Assembly: GCA_002167745.1 (NCBI GenBank)
Contig: NHCB01000003.1
Coordinates: forward strand, 16,377 to 80,376
DNA: 64,000 nucleotides
Source: Betaproteobacteria bacterium TMED22
GTDB lineage: Bacteria > Pseudomonadota > Gammaproteobacteria > Burkholderiales > Eutrophovitaceae
Direction: 5' to 3'
Shown here one piece after another: positions 1 through 8,280 of this stretch. The notes under the pieces were generated by a model. It was not told the origin of the DNA. It saw nothing but the letters and a program-made list of their open reading frames with translations, and did not search any database. Each line of letters opens with the position of its first letter. The first letter of the stretch is position 1. Position numbers and translations under genes: made by a program.

Positions 1-211
1 GACGTGCAAGTGCAGGAAGTAATATGGAGAATTCTCCGATACCTACTTGGTGAGGTACGATCTCGATGAGTGTACCAAGAGGCCATCCGTGGATTTTGTT
101 GTCGATCTTGGGGAACCCAGAAGGTACGTATCCAAATGAGTTGGAATTATTATGTTCTGCACCTTTCCAGACATGAGAGGGTAGTATTGATTTGAGTAGG
201 GTGGATCTCAT
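1..211 (-). CDS. imuA: ImuA-like SOS-cassette protein, N-terminal 70 codons only (runs off the window edge)
   Basis: Absent from the ORF track because it is open at the window edge. ATG at 211..209 is preceded by AGGTGA (RC of 220..225) and lies 14 nt after the lexA stop. The translation MRSTLLKSILPSHVWKGAEHNNSNSFGYVPSGFPKIDNKIHGWPLGTLIEIVPHQVGIGEFSILLPALAR fits the ImuA N-terminal pattern (VW.G...SGF..LD....GWP.G.L.E....GIGE..LLLPAL). lexA-imuA(-imuB-dnaE2) is a known gene order. Confidence 0.6.
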   Translation of the reverse strand, partial: MRSTLLKSILPSHVWKGAEHNNSNSFGYVPSGFPKIDNKIHGWPLGTLIEIVPHQVGIGEFSILLPALAR

Positions 212-225
212 TGCTCGGTTCACCT

Positions 226-828
226 CTAATTGATTTTGCCATTACGGATAATGCCAACCGCAATACCTTCTATCGCGAAATCATCTCGCTCGCTATTTAA
301 ATGTATGTGAGGAAAATCAGAATTCTCTGCTTCTAGCCAGATTTCTTTATTTTTTCGTTTGAATCGTTTGACGGTGACTTCTTGGTTAATACGAGCAACT
401 ATGATTTGTCCAGATCGAGCTTCCGACGTGGCATGAACGGCGAGCAAATCACCATCTTGAATACCAACGTCTCGCATACTGCTGCCTCGTACTTTCAGTA
501 AGTAGTCAGCATTAGGTTTAAATAAAGACTGCTCAACTTGGACTCTATTTTGGATATGTTCCTCGGACAGGATAGGCTGTCCAGCGGCGACTCGGCCCAC
601 GATGGGTAGCCCAGAGTTCTTGAGAAGTTGTATGCCTCTTGATGTTCCGCGTGTGAGTTTGATATGTCCTTTTTTCTCTATTGCTTTGAGGTGATCCTCT
701 GCCGCATTTGCAGATTTGAAGTTCAGCGCCCGTGCGATATCTGACCGTGTAGGGGGGAATCCAGTGTTTTCGACAAAGCTTTGGATGAGATTGAGAATTT
801 CGGTTTGTCTTTGTGTCAGTGGTTTCAT
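226..828 (-). CDS. lexA: LexA repressor (200 aa)
   Basis: [54 protein letters not shown], the AAGQPI cleavage region and the S24 peptidase motifs (VRGSSM, VTVKRF) are present. I start at ATG 828 (M17 of the track ORF) because the upstream TTG extension would run through the SOS operator. Confidence 0.93.
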   Translation of the reverse strand: MKPLTQRQTEILNLIQSFVENTGFPPTRSDIARALNFKSANAAEDHLKAIEKKGHIKLTRGTSRGIQLLKNSGLPIVGRVAAGQPILSEEHIQNRVQVEQSLFKPNADYLLKVRGSSMRDVGIQDGDLLAVHATSEARSGQIIVARINQEVTVKRFKRKNKEIWLEAENSDFPHIHLNSERDDFAIEGIAVGIIRNGKIN

Positions 829-842
829 ATCGATAATGTTTA

Positions 843-880
843 AATATTGAATACTGTAATTATATACAGTATTCAATATT
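843..880 (-). promoter_or_regulatory. LexA (SOS) operator: CTGT-N8-ACAG core (854..869) inside a 15+15 nt perfect inverted repeat
   Basis: AATATTGAATACTGT (843..857) / AATTATAT / ACAGTATTCAATATT (866..880). The arms are exact reverse complements. The site lies 15-52 nt upstream of the lexA ATG. Confidence 0.8.
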
Positions 881-1055
881 TTCCAAGTCGATTTTGGAGG
901 GGCCGCACCAATAGAGGGCGATAAGCCGGTGTTGTCCTCATAAAATGAACATTATTTGTGCGTTTTTTTTAGTATCACCTACTGAAATTTTATATCGGTA
1001 AAGGACTTCAAATAGCTTGCCTATATCCTATTGTTTTGTATGATTTTTAATCTGC

Positions 1056-1071
1056 TGGCATGGTTTGTGCT
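1056..1071 (+). promoter_or_regulatory. Candidate sigma-54 (-24/-12) promoter upstream of urtA
   Basis: TGGCATGGTTTGTGCT compared with the consensus TGGCAC-N5-TTGCW. GG (1057-1058) and GC (1069-1070) are separated by exactly 10 nt. The site is about 100 nt upstream of the urtA ATG. Nitrogen control of urea uptake via NtrC/RpoN is well known. Confidence 0.5.
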
Positions 1072-1171
1072 TCGTACTATGTCAGCAACTCAGAATATGA
1101 AATTAGTGTTGATCAGTTTCAGTAAATGAGTTGAAGATAAATTTTTTAATAACCGTTTAAGGATCATAAGA

Positions 1172-2422
1172 ATGAACCGAAAGCAATTTATAAAAACTGT
1201 ACTTGGTGCAACAATCGGACTCAGTGCCGCATTTACACTCACTACTCAAGCTGCTGACACCATTAAGGTTGGTATCCTCCATTCCTTATCGGGAACCATG
1301 GCGATTTCAGAGACGGCGCTGAAGAATACGGCGCTTATGACTATTGAGGAAATTAATGCCAAGGGTGGATTATTGGGCAAGCAACTTGAGCCAGTAGTGG
1401 TTGATCCAGCTTCGAATTGGCCGTTGTTTGCTGAGAAAGCACGACAATTAATTACTCAAGATGAGGTTGACGTCGTATTTGGATGTTGGACTTCTGTTTC
1501 AAGAAAGTCGGTGCTGCCGGTTTTCGAAGAATTAAATAATCTTCTGTTCTATCCCGTTCAGTACGAAGGTGAAGAGTTATCACAAAATGTTTTCTACACG
1601 GGAGCGGCGCCTAATCAACAAGCCATACCTGCTGTTGAATACCTTATGAGTGAAGAGGGTGGTGCAGCTAAGCGTTGGTACCTTCTGGGAACCGACTATG
1701 TCTACCCACGAACAACCAATAAAATTCTACGAGCTTTCTTGATTTCTAAAGGTGTTAAAGAATCAGATATCGAAGAGGTCTATACGCCTTTTGGTCATAG
1801 CGATTATCAAACCATCGTGGCTAACATTAAGAAATTCTCAGCTGGAGGAAAAACGGCTGTAGTTTCTACTATTAATGGTGACTCTAATGTTCCTTTCTAT
1901 AAAGAGTTAGGTAATGCGGGCTTGAAAGCAACTGATGTTCCAGTTGTAGCATTTTCTGTTGGTGAGGAAGAGCTTCGTGGTATTGACACTAAGCCATTAC
2001 TAGGACACTTGGCTGCGTGGAACTATTTTATGTCAGTCAAAGGTAAGCAGAACAAAGCATTTACTAAAATGTATAAAGTCTGGGCTAAGAAAAATGGCGT
2101 TCCTAACCTAGATACGGTGGTTACTAATGATCCGATGGAAGCAACCTACGTAGGAATTAAAATGTGGGCTCAGGCCGTCGAGCAGGCTGGTACGACCGAT
2201 GTAGATGCAGTACGTGATGCGATGGGCGGCCAAACATTTAAGTCACCGTCTGGTTTTACACTCAAAATGGATGAGACAAATCACCATCTTCACAAGCCAG
2301 TCATGATTGGTGAGATCCTTCCCAATGGTCAGTTCCAGGTGGTTTGGAGAACTAAAGGGCCAATTAGAGCGCAGCCATGGAGTCCATTCATTACTGGTAA
2401 CGAAAGTAAGCAAGGATTGTAA
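1172..2422 (+). CDS. urtA: Urea ABC transporter substrate-binding protein
   Basis: Signal peptide, then KVGILHSLSGTMAISE...GCWTSVSRKSVLPVFE...YPVQYEG, typical of UrtA (LivK-like). It is followed by urtBCDE. Confidence 0.93.
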   Translation: MNRKQFIKTVLGATIGLSAAFTLTTQAADTIKVGILHSLSGTMAISETALKNTALMTIEEINAKGGLLGKQLEPVVVDPASNWPLFAEKARQLITQDEVDVVFGCWTSVSRKSVLPVFEELNNLLFYPVQYEGEELSQNVFYTGAAPNQQAIPAVEYLMSEEGGAAKRWYLLGTDYVYPRTTNKILRAFLISKGVKESDIEEVYTPFGHSDYQTIVANIKKFSAGGKTAVVSTINGDSNVPFYKELGNAGLKATDVPVVAFSVGEEELRGIDTKPLLGHLAAWNYFMSVKGKQNKAFTKMYKVWAKKNGVPNLDTVVTNDPMEATYVGIKMWAQAVEQAGTTDVDAVRDAMGGQTFKSPSGFTLKMDETNHHLHKPVMIGEILPNGQFQVVWRTKGPIRAQPWSPFITGNESKQGL

Positions 2423-2482
2423 TAAATCCTCCTCTGACTGGTATGAATTTATTTAATTTATCAGTCTAAATAAAACACATTA

Positions 2483-2513
2483 AAGGCCTGTTCTTGCTCC
2501 AAGTACAGGCCTT
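2483..2513 (+). terminator. Intra-operon hairpin (attenuator or partial terminator) between urtA and urtB
   Basis: AAGGCCTGT (2483..2491) / 13-nt loop / ACAGGCCTT (2505..2513), a 9-bp perfect stem followed by TAATT. The placement after the binding-protein gene is typical, but the U-tract is weak. Confidence 0.4.
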
Positions 2514-2529
2514 TAATTGTTAAATTGAC

Positions 2530-4155
2530 GTGAGTATGTTTAAGAACAAACGAAACGCATTATTATTTATTTTGAGTTGCTTTACGCTTGTTTTTCCAAT
2601 AGTTGGTAAGGCGCTTGATCGGACGGATATCTCTGGTTTGGCGTCTGAGACAGCGATGGAGCGATTGAGGGCGATAGAGGAGATCGCAGCAATAGGGGAT
2701 GCAGATGCTCTTAGGCTTTTGGAGAATCTTCAAAAGAGCGAAGTTATGGTTACGGATGCCGGCCAAATTGTTTTAGAAAATGAGGACTGGGATGTTATTG
2801 ATGCTATCACCTTAGAGGTACTTGATCCGCAGCCGGATATGTACGACACGGTTATCGTAAACAATCGGATGCGGTCACAGCTTGAGCGTGCAGTCGGAGT
2901 ATTGCAGTTGTTATCAGAGGATAGAGAGATACGGCTTACTTCGGCTAAGTCGTTACAAGACAATTTATCGCCATCGTTACTGAGTATTTTAAATAAGGCG
3001 CTTGCTCAGGAAACAGATCAAGAAATCATAAAGATTCTAAAAGAGAGTCAGTCAGTTATTTTATTAGATGCTGCTGATGCTCAACAGCGTATAGACGCAG
3101 TTAATTATTTAAACTCAAGCAATGAACGACGTATTCGTGAATTACTTGCGGCAAAGTTAGAAAAAAATGAGTTGGGTGTATATCAGGAAGATTCTGCCGA
3201 GGTTCGCGTTGCCATCGAGTCTGCTGTTGCTTCGATTGATCGAAAGCTTACATTTATTGACTATTTTGGTCGTTTATTTAGCGGTCTATCACTAGGTAGT
3301 ATTTTATTACTAGCCGCTATGGGGCTTGCCATCACATATGGGCTGCTGGGTGTTATTAACCTTGCTCATGGCGAGATGTTGATGATTGGTGCCTATGCAA
3401 CGTATGTTACCCAGCAACTATTTGTTGCCTATTTGCCGAATCATTTTGATTTTTATGTTCTAGCGGCTATTCCAATGGCATTTCTTTGCTCAGCGATTAT
3501 TGGGGTGATACTTGAGCGCACTGTGATTCGTTGGTTGTACGGTCGCCCGCTTGAAACGTTATTAGCCACCTGGGGTATCAGTCTTTTTCTTATCCAATTG
3601 GTCCGGCAGATCTTTGGAGCACAAAACGTTGAGGTATCAAATCCTAATTGGTTGTCGGGTGGAGTTGAATTATGGAATGTTGTTATGCCGTTTAATCGGA
3701 TAGCGATCATTGTCTTTGCTGTTTTAGTGCTTGTTGGGATTTGGTTGGTTATTAGTCAGACCAGATTAGGTTTGTTTATTCGTAGTGTGACACAGAATAG
3801 AAGTATGGCGGCGTGTGTTGGCGTGAATACTGCGAAAGTTGACATGCTTGCCTTCGGACTAGGGTCCGGGATCGCGGGCTTGGCGGGGGTTGCTCTATCT
3901 CAAATAGGAAACGTAGGTCCAGATCTTGGCCAGGCTTACATAATTGATTCATTTATGGTGGTAGTTCTCGGTGGTGTTGGCCAGTTAGCCGGAACGGTCT
4001 ATGCGGCTCTTGGTCTCGGAGCTTTCTCTAAGCTCATTGAGCCAGGCGTTGGCGCAGTTCTTACCAAGATAATTATCCTTGTATTTATCATCGCTGTTAT
4101 TCAAAAACGTCCTCAGGGTTTGTTCGCCCTCAAAGGCCGCTTTGTGGAGGACTAA
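2530..4155 (+). CDS. urtB: Urea ABC transporter permease UrtB with a ~245-aa N-terminal extension
   Basis: The C-terminal ~295 aa is a LivH-type permease (LAAMGLAITYGLLGVINLAHGE...). Starts with GTG at 2530; an alternative ATG is at 2536. Lies in the urtABCDE context. Confidence 0.9.
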   Translation: MSMFKNKRNALLFILSCFTLVFPIVGKALDRTDISGLASETAMERLRAIEEIAAIGDADALRLLENLQKSEVMVTDAGQIVLENEDWDVIDAITLEVLDPQPDMYDTVIVNNRMRSQLERAVGVLQLLSEDREIRLTSAKSLQDNLSPSLLSILNKALAQETDQEIIKILKESQSVILLDAADAQQRIDAVNYLNSSNERRIRELLAAKLEKNELGVYQEDSAEVRVAIESAVASIDRKLTFIDYFGRLFSGLSLGSILLLAAMGLAITYGLLGVINLAHGEMLMIGAYATYVTQQLFVAYLPNHFDFYVLAAIPMAFLCSAIIGVILERTVIRWLYGRPLETLLATWGISLFLIQLVRQIFGAQNVEVSNPNWLSGGVELWNVVMPFNRIAIIVFAVLVLVGIWLVISQTRLGLFIRSVTQNRSMAACVGVNTAKVDMLAFGLGSGIAGLAGVALSQIGNVGPDLGQAYIIDSFMVVVLGGVGQLAGTVYAALGLGAFSKLIEPGVGAVLTKIIILVFIIAVIQKRPQGLFALKGRFVED

Positions 4156-5271
4156 ATGCAGTACCAACCGAAAATTGAACCGTTATTCTCAACGCTTGGT
4201 TGGATTGGGTTGATAACATTCGCTCTGCTCACCCTTATCGTTGTTCCTTCTCTATACCTGGCAGTGCCAGACGGCAGTAGTTTCCATATATCTTCTTATA
4301 CAGTGACATTAATTGGCAAGATTATGTGTTATTGCATCGTTGCCGTGGCAATGAACTTGATTTGGGGCTACGCGGGGATATTGTCTTTAGGACAGGGATT
4401 ATTTTTTGCGTTAGGAGGATATTGTTTTGGTATGTATCTGATGCGACAAATTGGTCGTGATGGTCAGTACCAAAGTCTTTTGCCTGACTTTATGGTTTTT
4501 CTTGATTGGAAAGAATACCCGTTGCATTGGATGGGTACTGAGAGCTTTTTATGGGCAATAATTCTGGTGTTGTTAGTGCCCGGTGTCTTAGCTTTTGTTT
4601 TTGGATATTTTGCGTTCCGATCTAGAATTAAGGGAGTTTATTTTTCTATCATTACTCAAGCCCTTACATTCGCTTTTATGTTGTTATTCTTTCGTAACGA
4701 AACCGGGTTTGGTGGGAATAATGGATTCACTGATTTTAAGCGGATTCTTGGGTACTCCATTACCGATCCGACCATGAGAGCGGCGTTATTCGGGCTCAGT
4801 GCCTTCTTCCTGTTGCTCGTGTTAGTCCTGTCTCGGGTATTAATTAAGTCTAAGTTTGGACGAATATTGACAGCAGTTCGAGATTCCGAGTCACGTTTGA
4901 TGTTCTGTGGTTATGACCCGATTCGCTACAAACTCTTCATTTGGACCTTGTCCGCCGTCATCTGTGGGGTCGCTGGAGCGCTATATGTGCCTCAAGTTGG
5001 TATTATTAATCCGAGTGAGATGTCCCCAGCAAATTCAATTGAGATTGCGGTGTGGGTAGCGGTCGGAGGGAGAGGGACTATTGTCGGACCGATAATTGGG
5101 GCGGCGTCTGTTAACGGAGCGAAGAGCTTCTTTACGCAAGCTTTTCCCGAATATTGGTTGTTTTTTCTGGGGTTACTTTTTATTTTTGTAACCTTATGTT
5201 TGCCCTTCGGTATTGTAGGCTTAATAAATAAGTTGAAACGTAAATTCACAAAATCAGGAATAGAAAGTTAA
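4156..5271 (+). CDS. urtC: Urea ABC transporter permease UrtC
   Basis: LivM-type permease (NLIWGYAGILSLGQGLFFALGGY). The ATG directly abuts the urtB stop. Confidence 0.9.
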   Translation: MQYQPKIEPLFSTLGWIGLITFALLTLIVVPSLYLAVPDGSSFHISSYTVTLIGKIMCYCIVAVAMNLIWGYAGILSLGQGLFFALGGYCFGMYLMRQIGRDGQYQSLLPDFMVFLDWKEYPLHWMGTESFLWAIILVLLVPGVLAFVFGYFAFRSRIKGVYFSIITQALTFAFMLLFFRNETGFGGNNGFTDFKRILGYSITDPTMRAALFGLSAFFLLLVLVLSRVLIKSKFGRILTAVRDSESRLMFCGYDPIRYKLFIWTLSAVICGVAGALYVPQVGIINPSEMSPANSIEIAVWVAVGGRGTIVGPIIGAASVNGAKSFFTQAFPEYWLFFLGLLFIFVTLCLPFGIVGLINKLKRKFTKSGIES

Positions 5272-5275
5272 TCAC

Positions 5276-6094
5276 ATGCAAGAAATGTTAGGCATTAAAA
5301 ACCCCATTGGGCGAAGTACGATCGGCCACGTCACGAAACCAGAGGTAGATATATCGCATGGACCAATCTTATATCTTGAAGATATTTCAGTGAGTTTCGA
5401 TGGCTTTAAAGCGCTCAATGGTCTGTGTTTAACGGTTGATGCGGGTGAGCTCAGATGTATTATCGGACCTAATGGTGCTGGAAAAACTACGATGATGGAC
5501 GTGATAACTGGCAAGACAAAGCCTGATTCGGGAACCGTATTTTTTGGTCAGTCAATTGATTTAAGTCGGATGAATGAGCCGCAAATTGCCTCGGTGGGAA
5601 TTGGCCGTAAATTCCAAAAACCCACTGTGTTCGAGAACCACACAGTCTTTGAAAATTTAGAGTTAGCAATGAAGTACGATAAGAGTGTTTTGAAAAATCT
5701 CTTTTCGAAGAGGAAGCAATCACAAATCCAGAAGATTACCGAAACGATGGAAATCATAGATTTAGTGGATCAGGCAGATCGTCTGGCGGGTCTCCTGTCT
5801 CATGGTCAGAAGCAATGGCTTGAAATTGGCATGTTACTGATGCAAGAGCCGCAACTCTTATTATTAGATGAGCCTGTTGCTGGAATGACTGATGATGAAA
5901 CTGAGAAAACAGCAAAGTTGTTTAAATCTCTTGCCGGTGATCGCTCGCTAGTTGTAGTAGAGCATGATATGGAATTTGTTGCAGAGATCGCATCGACAGT
6001 TACCGTTTTGCATGAAGGCTCAGTTTTAGCTGAAGGTTGTATGGAAGATGTTCATTCGAACGAGCGTGTGATTGAAGTGTATCTGGGGCGTTAG
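5276..6094 (+). CDS. urtD: Urea ABC transporter ATP-binding protein UrtD
   Basis: Walker A GPNGAGKTT, signature LSHGQKQWLEIG, Walker B LLLLDEP. LivG-like with an N-terminal extension. Confidence 0.9.
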   Translation: MQEMLGIKNPIGRSTIGHVTKPEVDISHGPILYLEDISVSFDGFKALNGLCLTVDAGELRCIIGPNGAGKTTMMDVITGKTKPDSGTVFFGQSIDLSRMNEPQIASVGIGRKFQKPTVFENHTVFENLELAMKYDKSVLKNLFSKRKQSQIQKITETMEIIDLVDQADRLAGLLSHGQKQWLEIGMLLMQEPQLLLLDEPVAGMTDDETEKTAKLFKSLAGDRSLVVVEHDMEFVAEIASTVTVLHEGSVLAEGCMEDVHSNERVIEVYLGR

Positions 6095-6097
6095 ATC

Positions 6098-6796
6098 ATG
6101 TTAGAAGTAAAAGATATTAATCAGTTTTATGGCTCTAGCCACACGTTGCGTAATGTGAGTTTTACCGCGCCAGCTGGCGCTGTTACAACGGTGTTAGGCC
6201 GAAATGGTGTTGGAAAAACAACGTTACTTAAGTGTTTGATGGGTGTTTTGGAAACTGAGAGTGGAACGATATCCATTAATGGGGTAGATCTGACAGCTCA
6301 GCCTTCTCACGCGCGTGCTCGGTCCGGAGTTGGTTATGTGCCTCAGGGTCGTGAGATTTTTTCTCGATTAACGGTGGAAGAGAATTTATTAATGGGGCTT
6401 GCGACGAAGTCTGGGGGAGCGGTATCTGATTTGCCTCACGAAATATTTATTATGTTTCCCGTTTTGAAAGAGATGCTTCATCGCAGAGGAGGTGATTTAT
6501 CTGGAGGTCAACAGCAGCAGTTAGCAATTGGTCGTGCACTCGCCATGTCTCCCAGCCTCCTAGTTCTTGATGAACCGACTGAGGGAATTCAACCATCGAT
6601 TATTAAAGATATAGGTAATGCAATTAGGTCTCTTGCAGCACGTGGTGATATGGCTATTTTATTGGTTGAGCAATACTACGACTTCGCGAAAGATTTAGCA
6701 GATCATTACCTTGTTTTACAGCGGGGTGAAGTGATTAAATCAGGTCTAGGTGCATCTATGGACGATGATAATGTTCGGCAATATCTCGCGGTATGA
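6098..6796 (+). CDS. urtE: Urea ABC transporter ATP-binding protein UrtE
   Basis: Walker A GRNGVGKTT, signature LSGGQQQQLAIGRAL, Walker B LLVLDEP. LivF-like. Confidence 0.9.
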   Translation: MLEVKDINQFYGSSHTLRNVSFTAPAGAVTTVLGRNGVGKTTLLKCLMGVLETESGTISINGVDLTAQPSHARARSGVGYVPQGREIFSRLTVEENLLMGLATKSGGAVSDLPHEIFIMFPVLKEMLHRRGGDLSGGQQQQLAIGRALAMSPSLLVLDEPTEGIQPSIIKDIGNAIRSLAARGDMAILLVEQYYDFAKDLADHYLVLQRGEVIKSGLGASMDDDNVRQYLAV

Positions 6797-7629
6797 GATT
6801 ATTCGATAGTCCATCATATTCCTGGCTCGGAGAATTAGATCTTGGTTTCGATTTGCGGGATGATAAAACCGTTATGTCTCGTAATCGGCATGAAGGGCCA
6901 CTTGTTGTCCAAAAAGCCTTATATCCTGAGGGTCCACAAATATGTCAGGTTTTAATCATTCATCCGCCAGGCGGCATAGCGGGCGGTGATGAATTAAGGA
7001 TTAATTGCGACGTCGAAAAAGGCGCGTGTGTTCAGCTCATTAATCCTGGTGCAACTAAATGGTACGAGAGTTTCGAGCGTCCCTCCAAACAACTTATTTC
7101 GCTAAATTTGAAGGCGGATAGCATCTGTGAGTGGCTACCACAAGAAAATATTATTTTTAATAAATGTTTAGTTGACATCGGAACGGACATCAATATCGAA
7201 GCTGGTGGTATTTATGTTGGTTGGGATTTTTTCTCCTTAGGTCGTCATATCGACCATGCTCCATTTATTGAAGGTCGATTAAAGCAAAAGACTAGGATCT
7301 TAATTGATGGATTGCCGGTATTCATAGAGCGGACGTTATTCAGCCCTGATCAGTTATTGGATGGGCCTGGAATATTGGATGGATTTTCTAGCTTCGGAAC
7401 GATGTTTATTGTCGGGTTGCAGCAAGATGAATCTCTGATTGATGATTTGAGGGAAATCGCCGCTGAGGAGACGCACTGCGCCCTAACATGGCTGAAGGAC
7501 CTGCTTGTAGCGCGATGGGTGGGAGAAGATATTGAACATGGACGACAAGTGTTTACACGCCTATGGGCACGCTTGCGTTCGGTGTATTCGTCGCATGCTG
7601 CGGTAAAGCCCAGAATTTGGAATACTTAA
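6793..7629 (+). CDS. ureD: Urease accessory protein UreD
   Basis: IIHPPGGIAGGDEL motif. ATGA overlap with the urtE stop. Lies immediately upstream of ureABC. Confidence 0.85.
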   Translation: MRLFDSPSYSWLGELDLGFDLRDDKTVMSRNRHEGPLVVQKALYPEGPQICQVLIIHPPGGIAGGDELRINCDVEKGACVQLINPGATKWYESFERPSKQLISLNLKADSICEWLPQENIIFNKCLVDIGTDINIEAGGIYVGWDFFSLGRHIDHAPFIEGRLKQKTRILIDGLPVFIERTLFSPDQLLDGPGILDGFSSFGTMFIVGLQQDESLIDDLREIAAEETHCALTWLKDLLVARWVGEDIEHGRQVFTRLWARLRSVYSSHAAVKPRIWNT

Positions 7630-7658
7630 TATTCGAAATAATTGGATGAGAGGATGTT

Positions 7659-7961
7659 ATGGATTTGACACCAAGAGAGAAAGATAAGTTATTGATTTTT
7701 GCAGCGAGTTTGTTGGCAGAGAGACGTCTTAAAAAAGGACTGCTTCTCAATTATCCTGAAGCTATAGCGTATATAAGTGCTGAAATTATGGAAGGTGCGA
7801 GAGAGGGTAGGACAGTAGCGGATTTGATGTCGTATGGTGCAACTTTGTTGAGGCGCGACCAAGTAATGGATGGGATTGCCGAGATGATTCCAGAAATTCA
7901 AGTCGAGGCGACATTTCCAGATGGTACGAAGCTAGTGACTGTTCACCAACCGATTGTTTGA
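7659..7961 (+). CDS. ureA: Urease gamma subunit
   Basis: [57 protein letters not shown] is near-canonical UreA. Confidence 0.96.
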   Translation: MDLTPREKDKLLIFAASLLAERRLKKGLLLNYPEAIAYISAEIMEGAREGRTVADLMSYGATLLRRDQVMDGIAEMIPEIQVEATFPDGTKLVTVHQPIV

Positions 7962-7971
7962 GGAGTTTAAA

Positions 7972-8280
7972 GTGATACCAGGAGAAATTGTGACGGAAGA
8001 TGGAGACATCGAAATCAACTCAAATAGGACTTTACTGACAGTCGTTGTTTGTAATGCGGGAGATCGACCGATACAGGTGGGTTCGCATTATCACTTCTAT
8101 GAGACTAACGAGGCGCTTGAATTCGATCGTGAACAGACTAAAGGATTTCGCCTAAATGTCGCGGCGGGTACGGCTGTGCGATTTGAGCCTGGGCAAAAGC
8201 GAACTATTGAACTGGTGGCGATTGATGGTGATCGACGAGTGTTTGGGTTTAGAGGGTTAATAATGGGAGACGTCACATGA
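7972..8280 (+). CDS. ureB: Urease beta subunit
   Basis: VIPGEI...INSNR...[11 protein letters not shown] motifs. I start at GTG 7972 (canonical MIPGE start, GAGGAG at 7957..7962) rather than the track TTG at 7954, which overlaps the ureA stop. Confidence 0.9.
   Translation: MIPGEIVTEDGDIEINSNRTLLTVVVCNAGDRPIQVGSHYHFYETNEALEFDREQTKGFRLNVAAGTAVRFEPGQKRTIELVAIDGDRRVFGFRGLIMGDVT

Noticed and set aside
829-876. TTG-initiated 16-codon N-terminal extension of the lexA ORF in the track ([16 protein letters not shown])
   Set aside because: It would be translated straight through the SOS operator palindrome (843..880). Canonical LexA begins at MKPLT, and ATG 828 fits.
901-990. Possible NtrC enhancer sites upstream of the sigma-54 candidate
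   Set aside because: Only isolated half-site-like strings (GCACCA at about 905, TCACC at about 986) with no matching inverted partner at the correct spacing.
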